In this document: piece after piece, positions 30,001 to 40,400 of the stretch
Numbering within the stretch: the first letter of the stretch is position 1
How the letters are laid out: each line of letters begins with the position of its first letter
DNA from: Balanoglossus misakiensis
Taxonomy: Eukaryota; Animalia; Hemichordata
NCBI GenBank assembly: GCA_040954595.2
Contig: CM082596.2
Location: forward strand, 10,684,461-10,748,460
DNA length: 64,000 nucleotides
Reading direction: 5' to 3'
Translations under genes and position numbers: made by a program
Notes under the pieces: generated by a model
The model's input: only the letters and a program-made list of their open reading frames with translations
Database searches by the model: none
Told to the model about the DNA's origin: nothing

Positions 30001-31268
30001 GATATGTCTCTTGTTAAAAGCACAACAGTCGTGATTTGTTCACACAAGTACTACTGCTGCCAGGGCATAACCCAAATATTTTGATAATTTTTGCAATGAC
30101 CCTTGATCTACTTGGGTATGTCTCTTGTCAAAAAGCACAGCAGTCATGATTTTGTTCACATGAGTTTTATTGCTGCCAGGACATAACCCAAATATTTTGA
30201 TAATTATGGCAATGACCCTTGAACTACTTGGATATGTCTCTTGATAAAAAGCCCAACAGTCATTATTTTGTTCACATGAGTTTTATTGCTGCCATGACAT
30301 AACCCAAATATTTTGATAATTTTGGCAATGACCTTTGAAATACTTGGATATGTCTCTTGTTAAAAAGCACAACAGTCATTATTTTGTTCACATGAGTTTT
30401 ATTGCTGCCAGGACATAACACAAATATTTTGATAATTTTGGCAATGACCCTTGATCTACTTGGATATGTCTCTTGTTAAAAAGCACAACAGTCATTATTG
30501 TGTTCACATGAGTTTTATTGCTGCCAGGACATAACCCAAATATTTTGATAATTTTGGCAATGACCCTTGATCTACTTGGATATGTCTCTTGTTAAAAGCA
30601 CAACAGTCGTGATTTGTTCACACAAGTACTACTGCTGCCAGGGCATAACCCAAATATTTTGATAATTTTTGCAATGACCCTTGATCTACTTGGGTATGTC
30701 TCTTGTCAAAAAGCACAACAGTCATGATTGTGTTCACATGAGTTTTATTGCTGCCAGGACATAACCAAAATATTTTGATAATTTTGGCAATGACCCTTGA
30801 TCTACTTGGATATGTCTCTTGTTAAAAAGCACAACAGTCATGATTGTGTTTAAATGAGTTTTATTGCTGCCAGGACTTAACCCAAATATTTTGATAATTT
30901 TGGCAATGACTCTTGATCTACTTGGATATGTCTCTTGTTAAAAAGCACAACAGTCATGATTGTGTTCACATGAATTCTATTGCTGTCAGGACATAACCCA
31001 AATATTTTGATAATTTTGGCAATGACCCTTGATCTACTTGGATATGTCTCTTGTTAAAAGCACAACAGTCGTGATTTGTTCACACAAGTACTACTGCTGC
31101 CAGGGCATAACCCAAATATTTTGATAATTTTTGCAATGACCCTTGATCTACTTGGGTATGTCTCTTGTCAAAAAGCACAGCAGTCATGATTTTGTTCACA
31201 TGAGTTTTATTGCTGCCAGGACATAACCCAAATATTTTGATAAGTTTGGCAATGACCCTTGATCTACA
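1..31268. repeat. Satellite DNA array 1, 116-bp monomer (~270 copies, open at left edge)
   Basis: TACTTGGATATG recurs at 5 and 121 (period 116) and onward without interruption. Consensus is about TACTTGGATATGTCTCTTGTTAAAAAGCACAACAGTCATGATTKTGTTCACAYGAGTTTTATTGCTGCCAGGACATAACCCAAATATTTTGATAATTTTGGCAATGACCCTTGATC. The array ends at GATCTACA|TTTCC near 31268. Confidence 0.99.
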
Positions 31269-31573
31269 TTTCCAAAACTTGGTATGCACAGCAGATACAG
31301 CTTTTATATTTAGAGGACCGGAACACCTAATGAAATACATGTATTAACCTTAACACAATAATTATGTATATAAGCTATTTAAAGTTAACCAATAAAGCGT
31401 AGTCTGCTTGTTGTTGGACACTGATCAGTTTGGTATCAAATTTTGTTGGCACATTTTGCATCACCTCTGGCGTACTTTACCATTTCTAGGCATCCACAAC
31501 AGATACAGCCTTCACTTTCTGTTGGAACCATGCTAACCACCTTGGCCACTCCAATGCTGCTTGTAGCTCTAAT
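31269..31573 (+). mobile_element. Degenerate 3' end of the Helentron/HINE-like element that contains satellite 1
   Basis: CAGATACAGCC...CCATGCTAACCACCTTGGCCACTCCAATGCTGCTTGTAGCTCTAAT (to 31573) aligns with the young element terminus CAGATACAGCC...CCATGGGAACCGCTTGTGCCCC..CCAACGCTGCTTGCAGCTTTAAT. Confidence 0.75.
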
Positions 31574-32916
31574 TGTCTTCTTCATGGCGGCCATATTGGA
31601 TTTTCTAATAACTTTTAAAAGTTGACATTTTCATAAACTACAGGGCCAATCAAATTGTAGTTTACTGTAGGGTTGAAAAAATATCATTAGTGGTCATGTG
31701 ACTTTGGGTGCCTTATTAGATTTTTTAAAAATCTCATTAAAAAATTACAAAAAATCTTTTTCTAATCAAGTTTTCAAGTGAATTGTGATTGGTGTAACCT
31801 TATCAGAGCTAAATTGGATTTTCTGAACCCCGATTAAAAACTAAAATTCCCTATTTCTAGCCTACTCATTGAAAGCACACAATTTCCTTATATGGATACG
31901 AGTCACCATATGATTAGAATACGTTACATATTTTGGCAACTTTCACATGTTCTTTGATCCATACTGTGCAGTTAAAAGTTTGACAATAATATCGTTAGCA
32001 GCCATGTGACTTTGAATGCCTTATTGGAATTTTGAAAAAACTCATAAAAAATTCAAACAGACGTTTTCTAATCAAGTTTTCAAGTGAAATGTGATTGGTG
32101 TCACCTTATTAGAGCCAAATTGGATTTCTCTGAACACTGATTAAAAACTAAGATTTCCTATTTCTAGCCTACTCATTGAAAACAAACAAATTAATTTTTG
32201 CCAACAATTTGTTGGCAACTCTCAAATGTCCTTTGACCCAGTAATTCCAGAACTTAATTTTATGTGGATATGGCTCTTGTTAAAAAGCATAACAGTCATG
32301 ATTGTGGTCACATGAGTTTTATTGCTGCCAGGACTTAACCCAAATATTTTGATAATTTTGGCAATGACCCTTGATCTACTTGGATATGTCTCTTGTTAAA
32401 AGCACAACAGTCATGATTTGTTCACACAAGTACTACTGCTGCCAGGGCATAACCCAAATATTTTGATAATTTTGGCAATGACCCTTGATCTACTTGGGTA
32501 TGTCTCTTTTTAAAAAGCACAACAGTCATGATTTTGTTCACATGAGTTTTATTGCTGCCAGGACATAACCCAAATATTTTGATAATTTTGGCAATGACCC
32601 TTGATCTACATTTCCAAAACTTGGTATGCACAGCATATACAGCTGTTAAATTTAGAGGACCGGAACACCTACTGAAGTACATGTATTAACCTTAACACAA
32701 TAATTATGTATATAAGCTATTTAAAGTTAACCAATAAAGCGTAGAAGTCTGCTTTTTGTTGGACACTGATCAGTTTGGTATCAAATTTTGTTGGCATTTT
32801 GCATCACCTCTAGCTTACTTTACCATTTCTAGGCATCCACAACAGATACAGCCTTTGCTTTCTGTTGGAACCATGCTAACCGCTTTGGCCACTCCAATGC
32901 TACTTTTAGTTTTAAT
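31574..32916 (+). mobile_element. Old tandem unit 2 of the HINE-like element (5'-truncated) carrying 3 satellite monomers
   Basis: Starts near ATGGCGGCCATATTGGATTT, an internal motif of the young element. Has three monomers at ~32265-32609. Its 3' part repeats 31269-31573 at ~1342-bp offset (ORF-track paralogues 31080/32422). Confidence 0.75.
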
Positions 32917-35083
32917 TGTCTTCTTCATGGCGGCCATATTGGCTTTTCTAATAAGCTTTAAAAGTTGAAATTTTCATAATCTACAGGGCCAATCAAGTTC
33001 TAATTTACTGTGCGATTGAAAGTTTGACAAAAATATCATTAGTGGTCATGTGACTTTTGGTGCCTTATGGATTTTTTAAAAATCTCATTAAAAAACTTCA
33101 AAAATCTTTTTCTAATCTAGTTTTCAAGTGAATTGTGATTGGTTAAACCTTATTGGAGTCAAATTGGATTTTCTGAACAACGATTTAAAACTAAGATTTC
33201 CTATTTCTGGCCTACTCATTAATTATTCGTGGATATGCCTCTTGTTGAAAAGCACAATGGTGATGATTTTTTTCACACGAATAGTACTGCTGCCAGGACA
33301 TAACCCAAATTGTTTGATAACATTGGCATTGAACTTTGTCCTAAGTTTGGCACCTGTATTCTTTTCTTATGGTGCCTAGACTAATAGCACTAGAGGTTAG
33401 GTTTTTGATGTATATGGACAAGTATGGGACTTAGCTTTTTTTAGGGGCACAAGCCTATCGGGCTTGTGCCCCTATTGGTATTGTTGGAATTTTTCTTCTT
33501 CTTCTTCTTATTATTATTATTCTTCCGAGAAATATGTCATTGTAGATCTGGAAAACCGCAGCACCTAGGGGGCCGAAACTTGGTAGGGTGGTAGGGGCCA
33601 ATGAGTAGATGTGCAGTGGCTCGTGAATATTTAATTAGTCACGTGACCTGGCGGCCATATTGGATTTCCTGAAAATCGTTAAACGAGTCCTTCTCAAAAA
33701 CCACTGGGCTGATCAAGTTCAAATTTGGTGTGCAGGTAGCCTACCTTATGTCCATCATTTTACCCTATTAAAATCATGACGTCATACATAAAGTTTTTTT
33801 GCTACAATTGTTTTTCTGAAAAACAACTTAAAATTTTAAAAATCTTCTTCTCCAGAACCAGCGATTGCCGAGTCACGGGATTCGGGGTATGTGGTCACCT
33901 AACCTATATCTATCAAAGCGCAATGTGATTGGTCGATCATTATGGCGGCCATGTTGGATTTTCGGAAAACCATTGAAAAATGAAAATTCCGTTTTGTAGC
34001 CAAAATGTTGACAGCACGGAAATTCTTTTTTTGGATATGAGTCATCATATGACCGGAAGTTGTCACAATTTTTCGGGGCAATTTTCACATGACCTTTGAC
34101 CCAGTTTTAAAACAACTAATTATATATGCATATTCCCCATACCTCCTCTTGTCAAAGCACCACAGTCATGAATTTTGTGGACATGGGTACCAATGCTGCC
34201 AGGACATGACACAAATATTTTGGTAATTTTGGCAATGACCCTTGACCTATTTCTGAAACATCATTTTTCTGCATATCTAATTCCATGCTACCCAATAGGG
34301 CTAGAGGTCTGGTATTGGTTGGACATGGCCCACTCTGGGTTCAAAATTTTATGCCCAAATTTTGGGTGACCTTGGATGACCTTTGATCTACTTTCCCGTA
34401 TCTCAGCATCCAGAGCAGTTAGAGCCCTGGCTTTTATGGGGATTGAGCACATAATGGAGTCTTACACAAGACTTCATTAATTATGTGCATACCTAATTGC
34501 AGGCGAACCAATAGGGCTAGGGGTCTGGTTTTTTGTTGGATCTAGACTAGTATGGGGTCCAATTTTTTTGCCCAAATTTGGGGTGACCTCAGGTGACCTT
34601 TGACCTACTTTCCCATATCTTGGTATCCCCGGCAGATACAGCCGTGGCATTTGCTGGTCACCATGGGAACCGCTTGTGCCCCGCCAACGCTGCTTGCAGC
34701 TTTAATGTTACATTTGGAATCCACTGGACCAATGTTGAGCTTATTAAATATGTGAATAACTAATGCTGAGCTTACCTATATTGTTACAGGTTGAATTTTT
34801 TATTAACATGCTCTACTATTGGACTTAATCTGAATTTCTTGACCAATGATAACCTTCAAATTTTGAGGGCTGGAACACCTAATTACCAGGTTAACCAATA
34901 GAGCCAGAAGTCTTGTTTTTCATTTTATGCTGATTATTTTGGAAGAAAAAATTGTTGACAATTTTGGGTGAGCTCTTGGTGACCTTTGATCAGCTTTCCT
35001 ATTTACATAGCAGATACAGCATTGGCACTCTCTGGTATCCATAGGAACTGCTTTGACCTAGCCAATGTTGGTTGCACCTTAAT
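32917..35083 (+). mobile_element. Old tandem unit 3 of the HINE-like element, one diverged monomer, interrupted by a young copy at 33442-34706
   Basis: 32917-33220 parallels 31574-31870. One diverged monomer lies at ~33230-33340. After the insert, 34707-35083 ends in CAGATACAGCATTGGCA...CCATAGGAACTGCTTTGACCTAGCCAATGTTGGTTGCACCTTAAT, a decayed version of the same terminus. Confidence 0.65.
33442..34706 (+). mobile_element. Non-autonomous Helitron/Helentron-type element (HINE/DINE-1-like), young copy 1
   Basis: 5' subTIR GGGGCACAAGC (33444) with nearby inverted copy GCTTGTGCCCC (33462), then a (CTT)n(ATT)n microsatellite. 3' subTIR GCTTGTGCCCC (34672) is followed by stem-loop GCTGC-TT-GCAGC (34689-34700) and TTTAAT. 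T-rich insertion site, no TSD, no transposase ORF. Confidence 0.85.
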
Positions 35084-35279
35084 TGCACCGCAGTATGTTG
35101 GTTTGGGCGAGCTTGCCACATTAATCCTATCATTATCATTGATTTTATTGATTTCATGTTTTTAATTCTTTCATTCTTTTTTTTTTTCTGTAGGTCCCAC
35201 CGGTACTCTTCTTCTTCTCTCTCTCTCTTTCTTTTTTTCTTTTTCCTCTTCTTTCTTTTCTCTTTTTTTTTCTTTTTTT

Positions 35280-35760
35280 TCCTGTAGGCCCCAATGGTAA
35301 CACCATAATCAACCTACTAACGTACAATTTGATGGATGGAGAGAGCGGAGTGTCAACCATAGTCAACCTACTAATATAAACTTTGATGGAGGATGGATGG
35401 AGCGTCAACCATAGTCAACCTACTAATATAAACTTTGATGGATGGATGGATGGAGCGGAGCGTCAACCATAGTCAACCTACTAAAATATAAACTTTGATG
35501 GATGGATGGTGCCGCGGAGCGTCAACTTAAATGATGGAGAAGTGGAAGGATGGAGAAGTGGAGTTTTTTTCTCTGTTTTTTCCTCTTTTTTTCCTGTAGG
35601 GCTCACTGGTAACACCATAATCAACCTACTAACGTAAAATTTGATGGATGGATGAAGCGGCGTGTCAACCATAGTCAACCTACTAATATAAACTTTGATG
35701 GATGGATGGATGGAGCATCAACCTAAAGGATGGAGAAGTGGAAGAATGGAGAAGTGGAGT
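35280..35760. repeat. Minisatellite (~55-60-bp unit CAACCATAGTCAACCTACTAATATAAACTTTGATG(GATG)n), preceded by a pyrimidine-rich tract
   Basis: About 6 copies of the unit. The leader TTTCCTGTAGG..C.A.TGGTAACACCATAATCAACC occurs twice (~35280, ~35592). A CT/T-rich run lies at 35205-35280. Confidence 0.85.
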
Positions 35761-35859
35761 TTCAACATAATATCCTATTGACCGAAATTATTAGTTAGAG
35801 TAATATAGACATACAAAACGAGGTGATCGTAATATAAAACTTAATAGTCCAATAAATCG

Positions 35860-36720
35860 GGTTAATAATTGGTAGTGATTACTTGTTTTAAAATTAGGTT
35901 AACAGCAATGGCTTTGTGCAGGGTATGATAATAGGTTCTGAAATGTGTATGGTATAATAACGGTGAACAAATTTGAATTTGGTTTAATAAAAGGGTTAAA
36001 AATGTGATGATGGTTTTATGGTAAAATTGGAGTGTACACAGGTTATAAAGGGGTAACAGTGGTTGCTTGTATGAAGGTAATGATAATAGGGTAACAAATG
36101 TGACTGGTATAAAAAATGTATAATAACGGGTTCATAATATGATGATGGCTTGTGTACACAGGTTATAATGGGTATATGAATGAGAAGGGTATAATAATGA
36201 TAATAGGGTAACAAATGTGACTGGTATAAAAAATGTATAATAACGGGTTCATAATATGATGATGGCTTGTGTACACAGGTTATAATGGGTATATGAATGA
36301 GAGGGGTATAATAACGGTAATAACTGTGTCAGGTTTAATAAGGGTAGCAATTGTGCAAGGGTATAATAACGATTAATAATTGTGGTGATGGCTTATGGTG
36401 ATATTAAGTATAAAAGAGTGTTTAATATTGATGGTGATGATAAAGGTATAATAATGATAAATCGTTAAATAAGTGTCCAGGGTCTAATAATCATGTTGGT
36501 TCATTCATTGGTTAATGTGAATATTTTATGAATAACATGCTATTATTTCTCAGATAGATAATACTCGTCAGCATCGTTATTCGGTGGAATTTCTCGCAAC
36601 GGTACCCGTGATTGTATTCGCGCATCGACACATTGTACGCGACAGACATGCAGAAAATGTTAGCACAATGTTAGGTTAGCTTAACCTCCCCACCCCATCC
36701 AAATTCCAAATTTAGCTTAG
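35860..36720. repeat. Dispersed repeat, copy A (GGTATAATAA-rich; includes a 117-bp x2 tandem duplication at ~36082-36315)
   Basis: Homologous to 47830-48466. Shared blocks are GGTTCATTCATTGGTTAATGTG, CATTGTACGCGACAGACATGCAGAAAAT and ACCTCCCCACCCCATC.AAATTCCAAATTTAGCTT. GTAACAAATG occurs at 36091 and 36208. Confidence 0.75.
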
Positions 36721-37448
36721 ATCATGGGGTGAGAGGAGGAGAGGACAGTTTTTTTCCCTCTTTTGTAATTGGTATGAGGTTTTTTAACTGCCCTTTAGGC
36801 GCGTAAATTAAATATGTTATCATACATGTAGTTATCTTGCTTTATTTTAAAACAATTGTGAATGAGCTCTGCGAGATTATGTACACGATAGTGTGTTATA
36901 TAATGCTAAGGTAAAAGTAAATTTAACCCACTAACCCATCACACTATTGTGTGCATAATTAGCAGATGCTATTTTGACTAGCCCATTGTTCAACCAAATG
37001 ACACCTTGTTTCAAAAAGAGCTGAAACTATATTGGTTAATTTCTTTCAGTTTAACCACATGACACATTGCTTCAAATTGGCCTGCAAGATATGCTACTTG
37101 AACTCCCCCCCCCCCACCCCCACCCCCCCCCCCAAAAAAAAAAAAATTAGGGATTAATCACTCGCTATATTATGAACATTCACATGAAAATTATGCAACC
37201 AAATTAAAGGTATTCTGGAGGCGTCTTCTGATGTCAGGTGGTTCAAATCCACCGATACCTAAGCTGGAAACATAACTTTTCATTGGTGTTCATGTATGGG
37301 GAATAAAACACGCATATTCGTATTATCATATTTCAGAAATGAACGAATTGAATAAGATTCTTTTCGATATGTCACTATAAACTTTAATCCCATTTCACCC
37401 ACTTTACTCAAAATGTAATGTTTAAATAGCAAAGAAGTAATCACTAAA

Positions 37449-40400
37449 CTTTGACACCGGGGTTTAAAATGCATACAGGGATACTAAAAGTTGACTGAAA
37501 ATCCCTGGGTTAATACGTGTCCAAAAGCAATTTTATTTGACATTGCTAATGCAGCAATGACATTGAATCTGATTCTTTGCATCAGGGTAAATTGTGATAC
37601 AAGCTTGATGATGCAGCCCGGTAGATAGTGATGCAAACACTTCACTTTGACATGGGTATTTAATGCATGTGCATGGGTATTTAATGTTGACTGTAAATCC
37701 CCAGGTTAATTCTTGGCCAAAAGCACTGTAATTTGACATTGCTAATGCTACCGTGACACTAAATCTGATTCTTTGCATCAGGGTAAATTGTGAAGCAAGC
37801 TTGATGATGCATCATGATAGATGGTGTTTCAAGCCCTTCACATTGACATTGGAATATAACGCATATGGGGATTGAAAGTTGATTGTGAATCCCCAGGTTA
37901 ATACTTGGCCAAAAGCACTGTAATTTAAAATTGCTAATGCAATGGTGACATTCAATGTGATTCTTTGCATTAGGGGAAATGGTGTAGGAAGCCTAATGGT
38001 GCATCAGAGTAGATGGTGATGCAAGCTCTGCACTTTGACATAGGTATTTAATGCATATGCATGGGTATTTAATGTTGACTGTAAATCATCAGGTTAGTAC
38101 TTGGCCATAAGCACTGTAATTTGACATTGCTAATGCAACAATGATATTGAATCTGATTCTTTGCATCAGGGTTAATGGCATTGCAGGCTTGATGATGCAT
38201 CCCGGTAGATAGTGAGGCAAACACTTCACTTTGACATGGGTATTTAATGCATGCACATTGATATCTAAAGTTGACTCTAAATCCCAAGGTTAATACATGG
38301 CCAAAAGCACTTAATTTTAAATTACTAATGCAAGGCTGACATTGAATATGGGTAAATGGTGAAGCAAACGTGATGATGCATCAGGATAGATGGTGTTTCA
38401 AGCCCTTCACATTGACTTTTGAATATAATGCATATGGGGATTTAAAGATGATTATAAATCCCTAGGTTAAGACATGGCCAAAAGAACTTTCATTTGACAT
38501 TGCTAATGCAACAGTGACATTGAATCTGATTCTATGCATCAGGGTAAATGGCGAAGCAAGCTTAATGATGCATCAGGACAGATGGTGTTTCAAGCCCTTC
38601 ACATTCACATTGGAATATAACGCATATGGGGATTTGAAGTTGACTGTAAATCCTCAGGTTAATACGTGGCCAAAAGCAATTTTATTTGACATTGCTAATG
38701 CAATGGTGACATTGAATCTGATCCTATGCATCAGGGTAAATGGCGATGCAGGCTTGATGATGCATCACGGTAGATAGTGATGCAAACAGTTCACTTTGAC
38801 ATGGGTTTAAATGGATATGGGGATTTCAAGTTGATTACAAATCCCTGGGTTAATACGTGTCCAAAAGCAATGTAATTTGACATTGCTAATGAAATGGTGA
38901 CATTGAATGTAATTCTTTGCATTAGGGGAAATGGCTAAGCAAGCTTAATGATGCATTGGACTAGATGGTGATGCAAGCTATGCATTTTGACATACATATT
39001 TAATGCATATGCATGTGTATTTAATGTTGACTATAAATCCTCAGGTGAATACATGGCCATAAGCACTATAATTGGGGGCACAAGCGCCCTCAGGCGGCTT
39101 GTGCCCCCATTGTTATTGTTGGAATATTTCTTCTTTATTCTTCTTCTTCTTCTTCCCCAAAATTCGGCCAGGTAGATCTGGAAAACCGCAGCACCTAGGG
39201 GGCTGAAACTTCGTAGGGTGATAGGGGCCAATGAGTAGACGTGCAGTGGCTCGTGAATATTTAATTAGTCACGTGACCTGGCGGCCATATTGGATTTCCT
39301 GAAAATCGTTAAACGAGTCCTTCTCAAAAACTACTGGGCCGATCGAGTTCAAATTTGGTGTGCAGGTAGCCTACCTTCCGTCCATCATTTTACCCAATTG
39401 AAATCATGACGTCACACATACCGTTTTTTTGCTACAATTGTTTTTCTGAAAAACTACTTAAAACTTTAAAAATCTTCTTCTCCAGAACCAGCGATTGCCG
39501 AGTCACGGGATTCGGGGTATGTGGTCACCTAACCTATGTCTATCAATTTTGCGAAGCGCACTGTGATTGGTCGATCATTATGGCGGCCATGTTGGATTTT
39601 CGGAAAACCATTGAAAAATGAAAATTCTGTTTTGTAGCCAAAATGTTGACAGCACGGAAATTCTTTTTTTGGATATGAGTCATCATATGACCGGAAGTTG
39701 TCACAATTTTTCGGGGCAATTTTCACATGACCTTTGACCCAGTTTTAAAACAACTAATTATATATGCATATTCCCCATACCTCCTCTTGTCAAAGCACCA
39801 CAGTCATGAATTTTGTGGACATGGGTACCAATGCTGCCAGGACATGACACAAATATTTTTGTAATTTTGGCAATGACCCTTGACCTATTTCTGAAACATC
39901 ATTTTTCTGCATATCTAATTCCAGGCTAACCAATAGGGCTAGAGGTCTGGTTTTAGTTGGACATGGGCCACTCTGGGGTCAAAATTTGATGCCCTAATTT
40001 TGGGTGACCTTGGGTGACCTTTGATCTACTTTCCCATATCTCAGCATCCAGAGCAGTTAGAGCCCTGGCTTTTATGGGTATTGAGCACATAATGGAGTCT
40101 TACACAAGACCTCATTAATTATGTGCATACCTAATTGCAGACGAACCAATAGGGCTAGGGGTCTGGTTTTTTGTTGGATCTAGACTAGTATGGGGTCCAA
40201 TTTTTTTGCCCAAATTTGGGGTGACCTCAGGTGACCTTTGACCTACTTTCCCATATCTTGGTATCTCCAGCAGATACAGCCGTGGCATTTGCTGGTCACC
40301 ATGGGAACCGCTTGTGCCCCCCCAACGCTGCTTGCAGCTTTAATTTGACATTGCTAATGAAATGGTGACACTGAATCTGATTCTTTGCATCAGGGCAAAT

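Noticed and set aside
1-31268. CRISPR-like array
   Set aside because: The whole 116-bp unit repeats with no unique spacers, there are no cas genes, and the context is eukaryotic.
35072-35678. Phe-rich and Lys-rich ORFs
   Set aside because: Translations of T/CT low-complexity and minisatellite DNA.
37104-37146. Poly-C/poly-A tract as a functional G-quadruplex or telomeric seed
   Set aside because: Simple low-complexity run with only a single TTAGGG nearby.
37237-37253. tRNA gene (perfect T-arm GGTGG-TTCAAAT-CCACC)
   Set aside because: No A box, D arm, anticodon arm or acceptor stem found; at most an isolated B-box or SINE fragment.
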